From Alphaproteobacteria bacterium UBA828 (GTDB lineage: Bacteria > Pseudomonadota > Alphaproteobacteria > UBA828), in contig DBHM01000027.1 in assembly GCA_002296185.1 (NCBI GenBank), positions 158,867 through 222,866 on the forward strand: 64,000 nucleotides of DNA, read 5' to 3'. The notes under the pieces are model-generated. The model was not told the origin of the DNA and did not search any database. It was given only the letters and a program-made list of their open reading frames with translations. Position 1 is the first letter of the stretch. The number at the start of each line of letters is the position of its first letter. The translations under genes and the position numbers were made by a program. This document shows positions 10,248-22,077 of the stretch, one piece after another.

Positions 10248-10499
10248 TTAACCTCCTGTAATAGGAGGGAAAAAAGCTATTTCATCATTATTTTTTATAC
10301 GTTTATCGAACTGAGCAAACTCCATATTTACAGCAACTCTCACTGCTCTTAGATCAGAGAATGCATTAGCATATTTTGGTTCACGACTAGAAATCCATTC
10401 GATTAGGTCATTAACAGTTTCGATTTCTTCAGATAGGGAGATCTCCTCACTTTCACATCCTACTTTTTCTCTAATCCAAGCAAAATAAAGAATTTTCAT
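10248..10499 (-). CDS. moaD: Molybdopterin synthase sulfur-carrier subunit
   Basis: 83-aa ubiquitin-like protein ending in the Gly-Gly C-terminus (PPITGG) required for thiocarboxylation. Confidence 0.75.
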   Translation of the reverse strand: MKILYFAWIREKVGCESEEISLSEEIETVNDLIEWISSREPKYANAFSDLRAVRVAVNMEFAQFDKRIKNNDEIAFFPPITGG

Positions 10500-11767
10500 C
10501 TTAGTATCTCGTTAAAAGGTAGAAACCATAAGTTATCACCAAGATTAATTTGAGTTATATCTTCTTCAATTTCAATTAAACCATCAGCAAATACTGCTGA
10601 TGATAGAATCCCAGCTCCATCGCGGGAAAATTTCTCAGCTACTAATTCTCCCTGATTATCACTTCTTATTTTTACTCTAAGCCATTCTCTTCGGCCTTTT
10701 TTCTTTTTATAATTAAATCCACTTAATACTTTATAACTTCGAGGTTTTGTCTCCGTGCATCCACCCAATCTTAACAATAATGGGCGTGCAAATATCATAA
10801 AAGTAACTATTACTGCTACAGGATTTCCCGGAAGACCAATAAATGGTACATCAGCAATTTGGCCTAAAGCAATAGGCCTACCGGGTCTTATAGCTAATCT
10901 CCAAAAATGAAGGTTACCTTGAGCCTCTACTGCATTTTTAACATGGTCTTCAATACCAGTTGAAACACCCCCAGATGTAATGACTGCATCATTTTCAGTT
11001 GCTGCTAGGGCAAGAGAATCATAAATAGCAGATTTATCATCTTGGATAATTCCTAGATCACTAATACAACATCCCAATCCCTCTAAGAGACTATGTATCG
11101 TGTATCGGTTTGCATCATATACCCCTCCCTGGGGTAGTACGGTTCCTGGCTCATGTATCTCATCCCCAGTGGATAAAATAGCAACTTTTAGTCGTCGATA
11201 TACCGGGAGTGTTGTAAGTCCAGCTGTTGCGGCTATGCCTATATCCTGAGGTCTAAGTCTGTGGCCATGAGCTAAAACCGTCTTTCCAGATTCTAAGTCT
11301 TCTCCAGAAAACCGTTTATTGGCACCTTTTTTAATTCCGGGGGGAAAGGTTACAAAACCATTTTCTTCACGACAGTCCTCCTGCATAAAAATAGTATCTG
11401 GAGATTCACCGTTATTGTCCGGAATAATAGCAGCTCCTGTAAAGACTCTAAGGGCAGTTCCACGCTTAGTAGGTTTTTTTGAGGGGTTTCCTGCTTTAGA
11501 TATACTTGAAATTTCTAGTCTAGTTTCAGTTTCAGTATTTAAATCATCATAATAAACTGCATATCCATCAACAGCAGCATTATCGTGTGGGGGCACATTA
11601 GATTTTGCTATTAGAGTTTCTGATAGCACTCTACCTGTGGCACTGTTAAGGGGTATAGACTCTGTTTCAACAATAGGTCGAGAGGCTCTCTCAATTTGTT
11701 GGAGTGCCTCTTCGGCAGGTTTTAGTGAGCCGCCAAATGCAAAACAATCATCACTCAGTTGCGCCAT
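10496..11767 (-). CDS. moeA: Molybdopterin molybdenumtransferase
   Basis: 423-aa protein with a MoeA-type central MoCF-biosynthesis domain (GGVSTG, ILSTGDEI). Confidence 0.8.
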   Translation of the reverse strand: MAQLSDDCFAFGGSLKPAEEALQQIERASRPIVETESIPLNSATGRVLSETLIAKSNVPPHDNAAVDGYAVYYDDLNTETETRLEISSISKAGNPSKKPTKRGTALRVFTGAAIIPDNNGESPDTIFMQEDCREENGFVTFPPGIKKGANKRFSGEDLESGKTVLAHGHRLRPQDIGIAATAGLTTLPVYRRLKVAILSTGDEIHEPGTVLPQGGVYDANRYTIHSLLEGLGCCISDLGIIQDDKSAIYDSLALAATENDAVITSGGVSTGIEDHVKNAVEAQGNLHFWRLAIRPGRPIALGQIADVPFIGLPGNPVAVIVTFMIFARPLLLRLGGCTETKPRSYKVLSGFNYKKKKGRREWLRVKIRSDNQGELVAEKFSRDGAGILSSAVFADGLIEIEEDITQINLGDNLWFLPFNEILR

Positions 11768-11791
11768 ATAACACCTCTTAGGTGGAAATTA

Positions 11792-12382
11792 TCAGGCAAG
11801 ACAAAAATAATTCTTAATAAATCTTGATATCTCATAATGATCATCAAGGTCTAATATTGGTATATTGATCCAACTTGGTAGTTTTTTATGGTCACCATAC
11901 TTTACCGCTAAAGCAATTATATATGGATCTGCTGAAGCAAGTATAGGTGCTTCTTTATCTGCCCTCCAGATCTCAATTTTAGGAAATGGCCTATGTTTGA
12001 AGCCTTCTATAAGGAATATATCACAATATTCATTCTCCTTTAGGAGGTCATAAGGTGTCTGCGGTATTTCTCCATCTATAATTTTATTAATAGCCGTGCA
12101 TTTTTTATTAGTAACTAATGTTGCTTTCGCTCCTGCGTATATAAAGCTGTTAGAAGGATGATTGGCTTGCAAAATATCAAGGTTATGGTGAGTATGTTTT
12201 ATAGTTCCTATTTTATATCCATAACTAGATAACGTTTTAATTAAGCCACCTATCAAAGTCGTTTTTCCGCTCCCACTATAACCAGCTATGCCAATTATAG
12301 ATGGGCTAGTTATTCCTTCCTTTGGGTTTTTTTCTGAAAAGAAGTATTTTTTCATTTTTTGTTTAACCACGTAGATTTGCAA
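11792..12382 (-). CDS. mobB: Molybdopterin-guanine dinucleotide biosynthesis adapter protein
   Basis: P-loop GIAGYSGSGKTTL, small size, and location inside the Moco operon. The true start is probably the internal Met (MKKYFF). Confidence 0.7.
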   Translation of the reverse strand: MQIYVVKQKMKKYFFSEKNPKEGITSPSIIGIAGYSGSGKTTLIGGLIKTLSSYGYKIGTIKHTHHNLDILQANHPSNSFIYAGAKATLVTNKKCTAINKIIDGEIPQTPYDLLKENEYCDIFLIEGFKHRPFPKIEIWRADKEAPILASADPYIIALAVKYGDHKKLPSWINIPILDLDDHYEISRFIKNYFCLA

Positions 12383-12908
12383 TACTCTTAATCAAGTATG
12401 GTATAGCAGTAATCCATGTCAATACGACAGTGACCCATATTAATGTATCACCTACTATAAAGATAATATCACCAGATGCATCAGCTATAGCGGGATAAAG
12501 AATTAATATACTCAATCCTAAAAATTGAATTGCAGTTTTCCATTTAGCGAGTTGGCTTACAGGTATTTTGAGTTTCCCAGATAAATATTCTCTTAATCCT
12601 GCAATAAGAAGTTCGCGGCTTATGATAGCAATAACAGCAAAAATTGAAATTCTTGAATCTGACTGTAATAGAATTAGTATGCTGGCAACCAATAGTTTAT
12701 CTGCAATTGGATCAAAAGCTTGGCCAAAGGCACTAGTTTGATTTAGTTTCCGAGCAAGCCATCCATCAAAAAAATCTGTAAATGCTGCTGCAATAAAAAT
12801 AGAAAATGTTATCCATACCCCTAATGGATCTGGAATTTGAAAAGTGACCACAATAATAGGTATAGCGACTATTCTGGAAATTGTGAGAATATTAGGTATA
12901 GATCTCAT
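12363..12908 (-). CDS. pgsA: CDP-alcohol phosphatidyltransferase (CDP-diacylglycerol--glycerol-3-phosphate 3-phosphatidyltransferase-like)
   Basis: 181-aa membrane protein with the D-G-x2-A-R...G-x3-D-x3-D motif region (DFFDGWLARK...AFDPIADK). It sits in the conserved uvrC-pgsA position. Confidence 0.75.
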   Translation of the reverse strand: MRSIPNILTISRIVAIPIIVVTFQIPDPLGVWITFSIFIAAAFTDFFDGWLARKLNQTSAFGQAFDPIADKLLVASILILLQSDSRISIFAVIAIISRELLIAGLREYLSGKLKIPVSQLAKWKTAIQFLGLSILILYPAIADASGDIIFIVGDTLIWVTVVLTWITAIPYLIKSIANLRG

Positions 12909-12932
12909 TTATAGTCTCACTTACATCCGATA

Positions 12933-14870
12933 TTATTGATGGTGGAAATGGTCATAGATAGACAATGCGGTGCTTGTTGAAATACCGTCAACTTTCTCTA
13001 GATCCTTAACTCCAGCTTGAGCAACATTATTGGCAGATCCAAAGTGATGCAAAAGTGCACGCTTTCTAGTGGGGCCAATACCAGATATCTCATCGAGAAT
13101 AGAACGTGTATTCTTATTTTTATGACGAATTCTATAGCTACTTACTGCAAAACGATGGGCCTCATCACGTATCCTTTGAACGAAGTAAAGTAGTGAGTCT
13201 CTGTGTGGTAGCGCTATAGAATTTCCATTTAAAATATGAATAATTTCCCTTCCTGCGTTACGGTTTTGACCCTTGGATATTGCTGCTAAATGTATGTGAT
13301 TTATTCCGAGGGTATCTAGAGCTTGTTTGGCTATATTTAGTTGCCCGGCTCCGCCATCAATTAGGCATAAGTCTGGCCAGGATTTTGAGGACCTATCAGG
13401 ATTTTCACGGAGAAGGCGTTTAAATCTTCGCATAATTACTTCATGTATCATACCGTAGTCATCTCCTGGAGAAATCTGTTTTTCTCCGAAGTCTATTTTA
13501 TCACTACGAATATTAAATTTTCTATAAGAACTTTTTTCGAAACCGTTTTGCTTTACCGCTATCATTGCTCCAACAGAAGATTGACCAGAGATATGACTAT
13601 TATCGTAAACTTCTATTTTACGGGGGACTTCTGTCATTTCGAGGAGCTTACTTAATTTCTCAAAGAATATCTTTTGAGAATGTTTTGCCGATAAGTGTCT
13701 ACTCAGTGCATCTTTGGCGTTTCGATTTGCATCTTGTAAGAGTCGCCACTTTATTCCCTTAAGGGGTTTATGGAGTTTCACGGCATATCCAGATTTTGAA
13801 GATAGTGCATCAGCTAGCAGCTGACTATCCTTTATAGATTCACTTAAAATTATAGTATTTGGAGCTTTTTTGTTTGAATAGAATTGCGCTACAAAAGCGG
13901 ACAAAACCTCACTTGCAGTTGCGTCTTCAGGATGGCTAGGAAAATAGGAGCGGTTTCCATAACTTTGGCCTGATCTATAAAAAAATATTTGAATGCAGCT
14001 ATGTCCAGCTTGCTGATCAATAGCAATTGCGTCAATATTACCAAGATTATGTAAACTAATAACTTGCTTAGATTGAATTTGTGTTATTGCTTTTATTCGA
14101 TCACGATATGCTCCAGCTGTCTCATATTCCTGTTTTTCGCTAGCTTCTGTCATTAAAGTGCTTAATCTTTTTTGTATTTTCTTTGAGTGCCCGGAAAGAA
14201 ACTCAGATGCATCTTCAACAATGCTGTCATAATCCTCTGATGAAATCTTTCCGACACATGGTGCTGAGCATTTTTTTATCTGGTATTCCAGGCAAGGGCG
14301 TGTGCGGCTATTAAATACACTATCTGAACAAGAGCGAAGTGGGAATGCTCGGTGAAGAGTGCTTATCGTTTGGGATACTGCACTAGCCGATGCAAATGGT
14401 CCAAAGTATCTCCCTTTTTTTGACCGATTCCCTCTATATTTAATTACACGTGGCCAATCATCATCTTCGGTAATCAGTATAAAGGGAAAAGATTTATCAT
14501 CTTTAAGAACTATATTATAAATTGGCTTCAAAGATTTGATGAGACTACTTTCAAGAAGTAGGGCTTCTATCTCACTTTCTGTGATGATAATTTCTACCCT
14601 ACAAGTAGAAGAAATCATCCTAATTAAACGATCTGATAGTGACTTTAAATGTGTATAACTTCCTATGCGGTTGAAAAGGTTTTTTGCTTTTCCTACATAT
14701 AAAACCTTATCTTCCTGGTCTATCATTCTGTAGACACCAGGCTTATGAGGTATCGTTTTTCTAGCCTCACGAATAACATCTACGCCTTGCAAAATAGCTT
14801 TTTCAGCTAATTTTGTAGCATCAATAGGTGTCTTTTGGTTTTCAACCAATTTTTCAGATTGCTTCGGCAT
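12933..14870 (-). CDS. uvrC: Excinuclease ABC subunit C
   Basis: 645 aa with an N-terminal GIY-YIG region (GVYRM...LYVGKAKNL), a UvrBC-interaction region, and a C-terminal RNaseH-like/HhH endonuclease region. Confidence 0.9.
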   Translation of the reverse strand: MPKQSEKLVENQKTPIDATKLAEKAILQGVDVIREARKTIPHKPGVYRMIDQEDKVLYVGKAKNLFNRIGSYTHLKSLSDRLIRMISSTCRVEIIITESEIEALLLESSLIKSLKPIYNIVLKDDKSFPFILITEDDDWPRVIKYRGNRSKKGRYFGPFASASAVSQTISTLHRAFPLRSCSDSVFNSRTRPCLEYQIKKCSAPCVGKISSEDYDSIVEDASEFLSGHSKKIQKRLSTLMTEASEKQEYETAGAYRDRIKAITQIQSKQVISLHNLGNIDAIAIDQQAGHSCIQIFFYRSGQSYGNRSYFPSHPEDATASEVLSAFVAQFYSNKKAPNTIILSESIKDSQLLADALSSKSGYAVKLHKPLKGIKWRLLQDANRNAKDALSRHLSAKHSQKIFFEKLSKLLEMTEVPRKIEVYDNSHISGQSSVGAMIAVKQNGFEKSSYRKFNIRSDKIDFGEKQISPGDDYGMIHEVIMRRFKRLLRENPDRSSKSWPDLCLIDGGAGQLNIAKQALDTLGINHIHLAAISKGQNRNAGREIIHILNGNSIALPHRDSLLYFVQRIRDEAHRFAVSSYRIRHKNKNTRSILDEISGIGPTRKRALLHHFGSANNVAQAGVKDLEKVDGISTSTALSIYDHFHHQ

Positions 14871-15325
14871 AAATTAGATATTCCTTACCAAATGCATTCC
14901 GTCAATGTGTGTTTTGGTAGTTATGAGATATATTAAATCAAATAGTTATGTTTCAAGCTTAGGCCGATAGAAAGTGCAGGATTGGTTTCCACTGTCGTTG
15001 TGGATAACCCTGTGGGAAACCAGTCCATCAATGTCTTAGTGGTCTGAAAACCAAAGCCTTAAACCATGCTGCCTAATTAATAGGCATATATTATAAGGCA
15101 TTGAAATAAATTAATTTTTTTATTCTGTATGAGTGGTATTATTACACCTTACTAATAATTTTTAAGATAATAACCGAACAATAATCAACATCTTAATGCG
15201 TGTGAACAAATATTCTTTGTCAACAAAAAAATCATATTATTTTTTTCACTAAAACAAATATTTTTTATTGACACTAAAATATTATTAGGCAGCCTTGATA
15301 CTTATTCGCTATGTGGTTGATAATT

Positions 15326-17023
15326 TTAAAATAAACCGACTATATTATTGTTGTCATCTACAGAAATTGAGTTTGCGGCTGGGGTCCTTGGAAGACCCGG
15401 CATTGTCATTATCTCTCCGCATATTACAACAATAAATTCAGCACCACTTGAAAGTCGCACTTCTCTTACGGGTACTATATGCCCAGATGGTGCTCCTTTA
15501 AGTTCTGGATTAGTTGAAAAACTATATTGAGTCTTGGCTATGCATATTGGGAAGTTTCCAAACCCTTGATTCTCAAGATCTTCAATTTGTTTTCTTAGTT
15601 TAGCATCTCCTGTTATGTCAGCGGCTCCATAAATTTCAGTGGCGACCTTCTTAATCTTTTCCCATAGAGGTAAATTATCTGGATAAAGTAATTTAAAATC
15701 ACCGCCATGAGAATCAGCTAGTTCTGCTACTTTATGCGCCAAGTCTTCTGTGCCCCTTCCTCCGTTAGCCCAGTGATCACATTCTATCGCATCAACTCCT
15801 AAAAAAGAGCAACCTTCAACTACCGCGCCTCTTTCTGACTCGGTATCTGCTGAAAATCGGTTAATAGCAACAACTACAGGAACTCCAAAGCGTCTGACAT
15901 TTTCAATATGACGTTCTAAATTCTTCATACCTATTTTCAACGCCTCAACATCTTCTTTGCCTAGGTTTTCCTTTGTGACACCTCCATGCATTTTTAACGC
16001 TCTAATAGTTGCTACGATTACAGCGCAGTCTGGCTTCAAATTAGCTTTTCTGCATTTGATGTTAAAAAACTTTTCGGCTCCAAGATCGGCACCAAAGCCT
16101 GCCTCTGTAACAACATAGTCTGATAATTTTAGAGCAGATTTTGTTGCCAGAACGGAGTTGCATCCATGAGCTATATTTGCAAAAGGTCCGCCATGAACAA
16201 ATGCGGGGTTATTTTCTAATGTCTGGACTAGATTAGGTTGAATGGAGTCCTTAAGTAGAGTTGTCATGGCCCCAGCAGCATCAATCTCTTTAGCTTTTAC
16301 TGGTTTCCTATCGCGAGTATATCCAACAACTATATTTCCTAGTCTGGTTTTTAAATCATCAAGGTTTTGAGCTAGACAAAAAATTGCCATAACTTCAGAA
16401 GCTACTGTAATGTCAAACCCATCTTCTCTAGGAAATCCATTGGCTACACCTCCGAGGGATGAAACTATTGAGCGAAGAGCTCTGTCATTCATATCAACGA
16501 CTCTTCTCCATGTCACTCGGCGAGGATCAATACCTGCCTTGTTTCCCCAGTAGATATGGTTATCCACTAAAGCTGCTAGAAGATTATTTGTAACACCAAT
16601 TGCATGGAAGTCACCTGTGAAGTGCAGGTTAATGTCCTCCATAGGTACTACTTGTGCGTATCCGCCACCCGCAGCTCCTCCTTTCATACCAAAACAGGGG
16701 CCTAAACTTGGTTCTCTCAAGCAAATAAGAGTTTTTTTACCAATTCTATTTAGTCCATCACCTAAACCAACAGTTGTGGTGGTTTTTCCTTCGCCAGCTG
16801 GAGTTGGTGTAATAGCTGTAACAAGGATTAGTTTTCCATCATTTTGATTTGTGGCACTTTCAATATATTCAAGAGATACTTTTGCTTTGTCATGTCCATA
16901 TGGGAGTAGATACTTACTATCTATTCCAAGGTGTTTTGTTCCAATATCAATAATTGGCTTTTTTGTAGCCTTACGTGCAATCTCGATATCACTAAGAGGG
17001 TCTGTATGCTGATTTGAAGTCAT
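15326..17023 (-). CDS. fhs: Formate--tetrahydrofolate ligase
   Basis: 565 aa with the P-loop-like [15 protein letters not shown] motif diagnostic of FTHFS, and strong conservation along its length. Confidence 0.9.
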   Translation of the reverse strand: MTSNQHTDPLSDIEIARKATKKPIIDIGTKHLGIDSKYLLPYGHDKAKVSLEYIESATNQNDGKLILVTAITPTPAGEGKTTTTVGLGDGLNRIGKKTLICLREPSLGPCFGMKGGAAGGGYAQVVPMEDINLHFTGDFHAIGVTNNLLAALVDNHIYWGNKAGIDPRRVTWRRVVDMNDRALRSIVSSLGGVANGFPREDGFDITVASEVMAIFCLAQNLDDLKTRLGNIVVGYTRDRKPVKAKEIDAAGAMTTLLKDSIQPNLVQTLENNPAFVHGGPFANIAHGCNSVLATKSALKLSDYVVTEAGFGADLGAEKFFNIKCRKANLKPDCAVIVATIRALKMHGGVTKENLGKEDVEALKIGMKNLERHIENVRRFGVPVVVAINRFSADTESERGAVVEGCSFLGVDAIECDHWANGGRGTEDLAHKVAELADSHGGDFKLLYPDNLPLWEKIKKVATEIYGAADITGDAKLRKQIEDLENQGFGNFPICIAKTQYSFSTNPELKGAPSGHIVPVREVRLSSGAEFIVVICGEIMTMPGLPRTPAANSISVDDNNNIVGLF

Positions 17024-17245
17024 GACATGTTATCCTTCTGAATTCGATCAGGGTTGTATTGCGATAGGCTAAATTAATTTGATAGACTTAACATAGTTAG
17101 CTATAGACATTTAATGATATGAAAAAATATTTCCGTTTAGTCAAGAATTTTGATTAATTATGACTAATATTTATGTGAATATTTATTTTATAGCCCTAAA
17201 AAAGAGCTTTAATTTCGGTTTATGTTATTTTTTTCATTGAGATTA

Positions 17246-17629
17246 TTAGTCATTTTTCCTCAAGTATTCTAACTCTATCCCAACACTTTCTGTGTGATCA
17301 TATATATCTAATTTTTCAATTTTTATTATAACGGAATCTACTTTAGGGTCTTTTAGGCAAAGTTGAGCTATTTTTTTTGAGAGTGTCTCGACTAAGTTGA
17401 TATGCCCTTTTGATTTTAAGGCTATTATTCCGTCTACTATATCCGAATAGCTAACAACATTTTTGATATCGTCGTTAATCTCTTCAGGATTCCAAGACGT
17501 ATTTAATGCAATATTTATTCTTACTCGTTGTTCCTGTTTTTTCTCGTGCTCAAATACTCCTATAGACCATCGAATCTCGAGATTATTTACTAGAACCTTA
17601 GAATTTTTGACTATCAACTTACTTTTCAT
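17246..17629 (-). CDS. folB: Dihydroneopterin aldolase
   Basis: 127-aa protein with a FolB-like pattern (GVFEHEKKQEQRVRINI, YSDIVDGIIAL...ETLSKKIAQ). Confidence 0.6.
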   Translation of the reverse strand: MKSKLIVKNSKVLVNNLEIRWSIGVFEHEKKQEQRVRINIALNTSWNPEEINDDIKNVVSYSDIVDGIIALKSKGHINLVETLSKKIAQLCLKDPKVDSVIIKIEKLDIYDHTESVGIELEYLRKND

Positions 17630-17651
17630 ACCAATAGCCCCCTAATATTTT

Positions 17652-18413
17652 TCACTCATTTGTATGTATTGAGTTAGGCAATGACCATCCCAGGTGTTGT
17701 CCAGAATCAATTGCAATCATTTGGCCTGTTAGAGAAGTTGTTTGTAGTATATAGCTAACTGTATTAGCGATTTCGTGGGGACTAACTCCATGTTCAAGTA
17801 ATGTAGATTTACATTGTTTTTTAAAATCATCATCTGTTTGTCTTGTTGAAGGTAAAACCGGCCCTGGTCCTATGGCATTTACACGAATGGATGGTGCCAG
17901 TGCGAGTGCTAGAGTTTGGGTTAATGTCCATAGGCTAGTTTTACTTAATGTGTATGTCATGAAATGTGGTGTAAGATTCCATACTCTTTGATCAAGAATA
18001 TTTATAATACACCTATCATGCTTACTGCTCTTTTGGCCTGCAAATTGTTGAGATAATACAAAGGGTGCTCGCAAGTTAGTTTCCATGTGGCAATCCCATA
18101 ACGCCCTATTAGAACTAGTAATAGTGTCATATTCAAAGGCTGATGCATTATTCACCAAACAATCGACTGGGCCCATAGACTTATTAATATCTGCTATTAA
18201 TGAAACAACTTCACTTTCTATTTCTAGGTTAGCTTTAAATATCTTTACTTCATTTCCAATTGAAGAAATTTTATCAGCTAACAGTTTAGCAGACTCTTGG
18301 CTTTGATTATAATGTAAGGCTATTGACCAGCCCTCTGCAGCTAGTGTTTCTGTAATGCAACGACCAATTCTCACTGCTGCTCCTGTTATGAGTGCAATAC
18401 GCGGTTTCGTCAT
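17652..18413 (-). CDS. SDR-family oxidoreductase (possibly a pteridine reductase, given the folB neighbour)
   Basis: TGAAVRIG Rossmann motif and NNAS and Y-x3-K catalytic residues. Adjacency to folB is the only basis for the pteridine guess. Confidence 0.65.
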   Translation of the reverse strand: MTKPRIALITGAAVRIGRCITETLAAEGWSIALHYNQSQESAKLLADKISSIGNEVKIFKANLEIESEVVSLIADINKSMGPVDCLVNNASAFEYDTITSSNRALWDCHMETNLRAPFVLSQQFAGQKSSKHDRCIINILDQRVWNLTPHFMTYTLSKTSLWTLTQTLALALAPSIRVNAIGPGPVLPSTRQTDDDFKKQCKSTLLEHGVSPHEIANTVSYILQTTSLTGQMIAIDSGQHLGWSLPNSIHTNE

Positions 18414-18469
18414 AGTTGATTAATATCCCTTATTTAAAAAACCAAATAACCGATTTAATGCCTATTAGC

Positions 18470-20623
18470 TTACTGTTTTCTTTTCTTTTTCACCCGTTTT
18501 TTTATATTTTTTGTTCCAGCCCTACCTGAATGGCTTCGACTTTGCCATTGCTTTGCATCTTTGGCCTTAAAAAATTCGTTAGAAAGACCAAGGTGATTTT
18601 CTTGAAGTTGGTGAATTTGATCTCTTAAATCTGCGGCTGTTTCGAACTCAAGTTCGGCTGCGGCATCTTTCATTCTAGTCTCTAAATCACTGAGGTGTAA
18701 TTGTAAATTATTACCGGGTATGGGAAGATCATTTTTTTGAGTTGTTCTATCATCTTCATGAATAACTTCAAGAATATCTCCCACAGATTTTTTAATTGTC
18801 TCTGGTGTAATATTATTATCTTCGTTGTATTTTTTTTGTTTATTCCTTCTTCTTTCAGTTTCTTCAAGTGCATATTTTAATGAACCTGTCATTTTATCAG
18901 CATAGAGTATTACACGACCTTCTACATTTCGGGCTGCGCGACCTATAGTTTGAATCAGTGAAGTTTTTGATCTTAAAAATCCTTCTTTATCGGCATCTAA
19001 TATTGCTACAGTGCTGCATTCAGGAATATCCAGGCCTTCACGAAGTAGATTTATTCCTACCAGAACGTCAAAGGCCCCTAGCCTTAGATCTCTAATTATT
19101 TCAATTCGTTCCAGGGTATCTATGTCAGAATGCATATATCGCACACGAATACCAGATTCGTGGAGATATTCGGTAAGGTCTTCAGACATACGCTTTGTGA
19201 GAGTTGTAACTAATACACGAAAATTTTTAGCCCTAGCATTTTTACATTCAGAGATTAAATCATCGACTTGATTTTCAACAGGCCTCACAACACAAACTGG
19301 GTCTACGAGCCCAGTGGGCCGAATTAATTGCTCGCAAAAAATTCCGTGTGTTTTTTCTAGTTCCCAATCACCCGGTGTTGCTGATACATATATTGTTTGG
19401 GGTCTCATTTCTTCCCATTCTTCAAATTTTAATGGGCGATTATCTACACATGATGGGAGTCTAAAACCAAATTCTGCTAACGTAGATTTTCTTTTAAAGT
19501 CCCCCCTATACATTCCCCCAAGTTGCGGAATTGCCACGTGGCTCTCGTCAACTATTAGTAGAGAGTCCTTAGGTAGATATTCAAATAGAGTGGGGGGTGG
19601 TTCTCCTGGGAGTCGACCGGTAAGGTAACGAGAATAATTTTCAATTCCTGCGCAGCTACCTGTAGTCAATAACATCTCTATGTCAAATGTTGTTCTCTCC
19701 TCTAACCTTTGTGCCTCAATGAGTTTTCCGTTTAATCTATATTCATCAAGAGTTTCAGATAATTCTTTCTTTATACCCTTCACAGCCTGCTGAATAGTTG
19801 GCCTAGGTGTTACGTAATGACTGTTTGGGTATATAGTTATTTCTTCTAGTTTATCCGTTTTCTTACCTGTCAGAGGATCAAATTCAAGAATTTCTTCGAC
19901 TTCATTACCAAAAATTGAAATTCTCCAAGCTAGTGTTTCGGAGTGGGCAGGGAATATCTCAATAGTATCTCCTGTTATGCGAAAGTCCCCGCGTTCGAGA
20001 GACTGATTGTTACGACGATACTGAAGTTCTGCCAATCTTCTGGGCAATTCTTCTTGGTCCAATATCCCTCTATTTTTGATTGTTATAGTCATTTCAGAGT
20101 ATGTCTCAACTGACCCTATGCCAAAAATACATGAAATAGAGGCTACAATTATTACATCATCTTGTTCTAAAAGCGCACGAGTTGCTGAATGGCGCATGCG
20201 GTCAATTTGCTCATTTATCGACGCATCTTTTTCTATATAAGTGTCAGTACGCGGCACGTAAGCCTCGGGTTGATAGTAATCATAGTACGAGACAAAGTAT
20301 TCAACCGCGTTTTCAGGGAAAAAAGTTTTCATTTCCCCGTATAACTGAGCAGCTAGTGTTTTATTTGGTGCAAGCACTAAAGTTGGTTTCTGAACATTTT
20401 GTATGACGTTAGCCATAGTAAAAGTTTTTCCTGATCCGGTAACCCCAAGTAGTACTTGGTCTTGGGTTCCATCAGAGAGCCCGAGTGTAAGTTCTTGTAT
20501 GGCATCAGGCTGATCTCCTGCAGGAACAAGGTTAGATTGGATAGCAAGAGATTTTGACAAGCTTGAAGAATCAGAAAAAATAGCCTTTTTAGGCTTTGAT
20601 AAAGTTGTATTATTCTGGGTCAT
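18470..20623 (-). CDS. uvrB: Excinuclease ABC subunit B
   Basis: 717 aa with Walker A (GVTGSGKT), helicase motifs, a beta-hairpin region and a UvrB C-terminal domain, plus a Lys/Arg-rich tail. Confidence 0.9.
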   Translation of the reverse strand: MTQNNTTLSKPKKAIFSDSSSLSKSLAIQSNLVPAGDQPDAIQELTLGLSDGTQDQVLLGVTGSGKTFTMANVIQNVQKPTLVLAPNKTLAAQLYGEMKTFFPENAVEYFVSYYDYYQPEAYVPRTDTYIEKDASINEQIDRMRHSATRALLEQDDVIIVASISCIFGIGSVETYSEMTITIKNRGILDQEELPRRLAELQYRRNNQSLERGDFRITGDTIEIFPAHSETLAWRISIFGNEVEEILEFDPLTGKKTDKLEEITIYPNSHYVTPRPTIQQAVKGIKKELSETLDEYRLNGKLIEAQRLEERTTFDIEMLLTTGSCAGIENYSRYLTGRLPGEPPPTLFEYLPKDSLLIVDESHVAIPQLGGMYRGDFKRKSTLAEFGFRLPSCVDNRPLKFEEWEEMRPQTIYVSATPGDWELEKTHGIFCEQLIRPTGLVDPVCVVRPVENQVDDLISECKNARAKNFRVLVTTLTKRMSEDLTEYLHESGIRVRYMHSDIDTLERIEIIRDLRLGAFDVLVGINLLREGLDIPECSTVAILDADKEGFLRSKTSLIQTIGRAARNVEGRVILYADKMTGSLKYALEETERRRNKQKKYNEDNNITPETIKKSVGDILEVIHEDDRTTQKNDLPIPGNNLQLHLSDLETRMKDAAAELEFETAADLRDQIHQLQENHLGLSNEFFKAKDAKQWQSRSHSGRAGTKNIKKRVKKKRKQ

Positions 20624-20770
20624 GTATTAAATGTCTTATTTATATTTATTTAGTTTAAGCAATCAATTAGAACATTTATTGAGTTTATTTATTAGTATTT
20701 CATTGTATTGGTTATTTTTTTTAATCCCTACCAGTATTTGATATAATTGTGTATCAGTGTTTTACTCTAA

Positions 20771-21991
<1,221 letters not shown>

Positions 21992-22077
21992 CAGTGATAT
22001 AATTTCATGTCAGAAGGTGAGAGGATATAATATTTCCTATAAATCACCATCTGACTAAATTATGACTGGGGCAACTA

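Noticed and set aside
14995-15008. Consensus DnaA box, as a possible chromosomal origin
   Set aside because: It is a single isolated box. No cluster of boxes, no adjacent AT-rich DUE, and no hemE, dnaA or parAB neighbours are present, and a single 9-mer is expected by chance at about this frequency.
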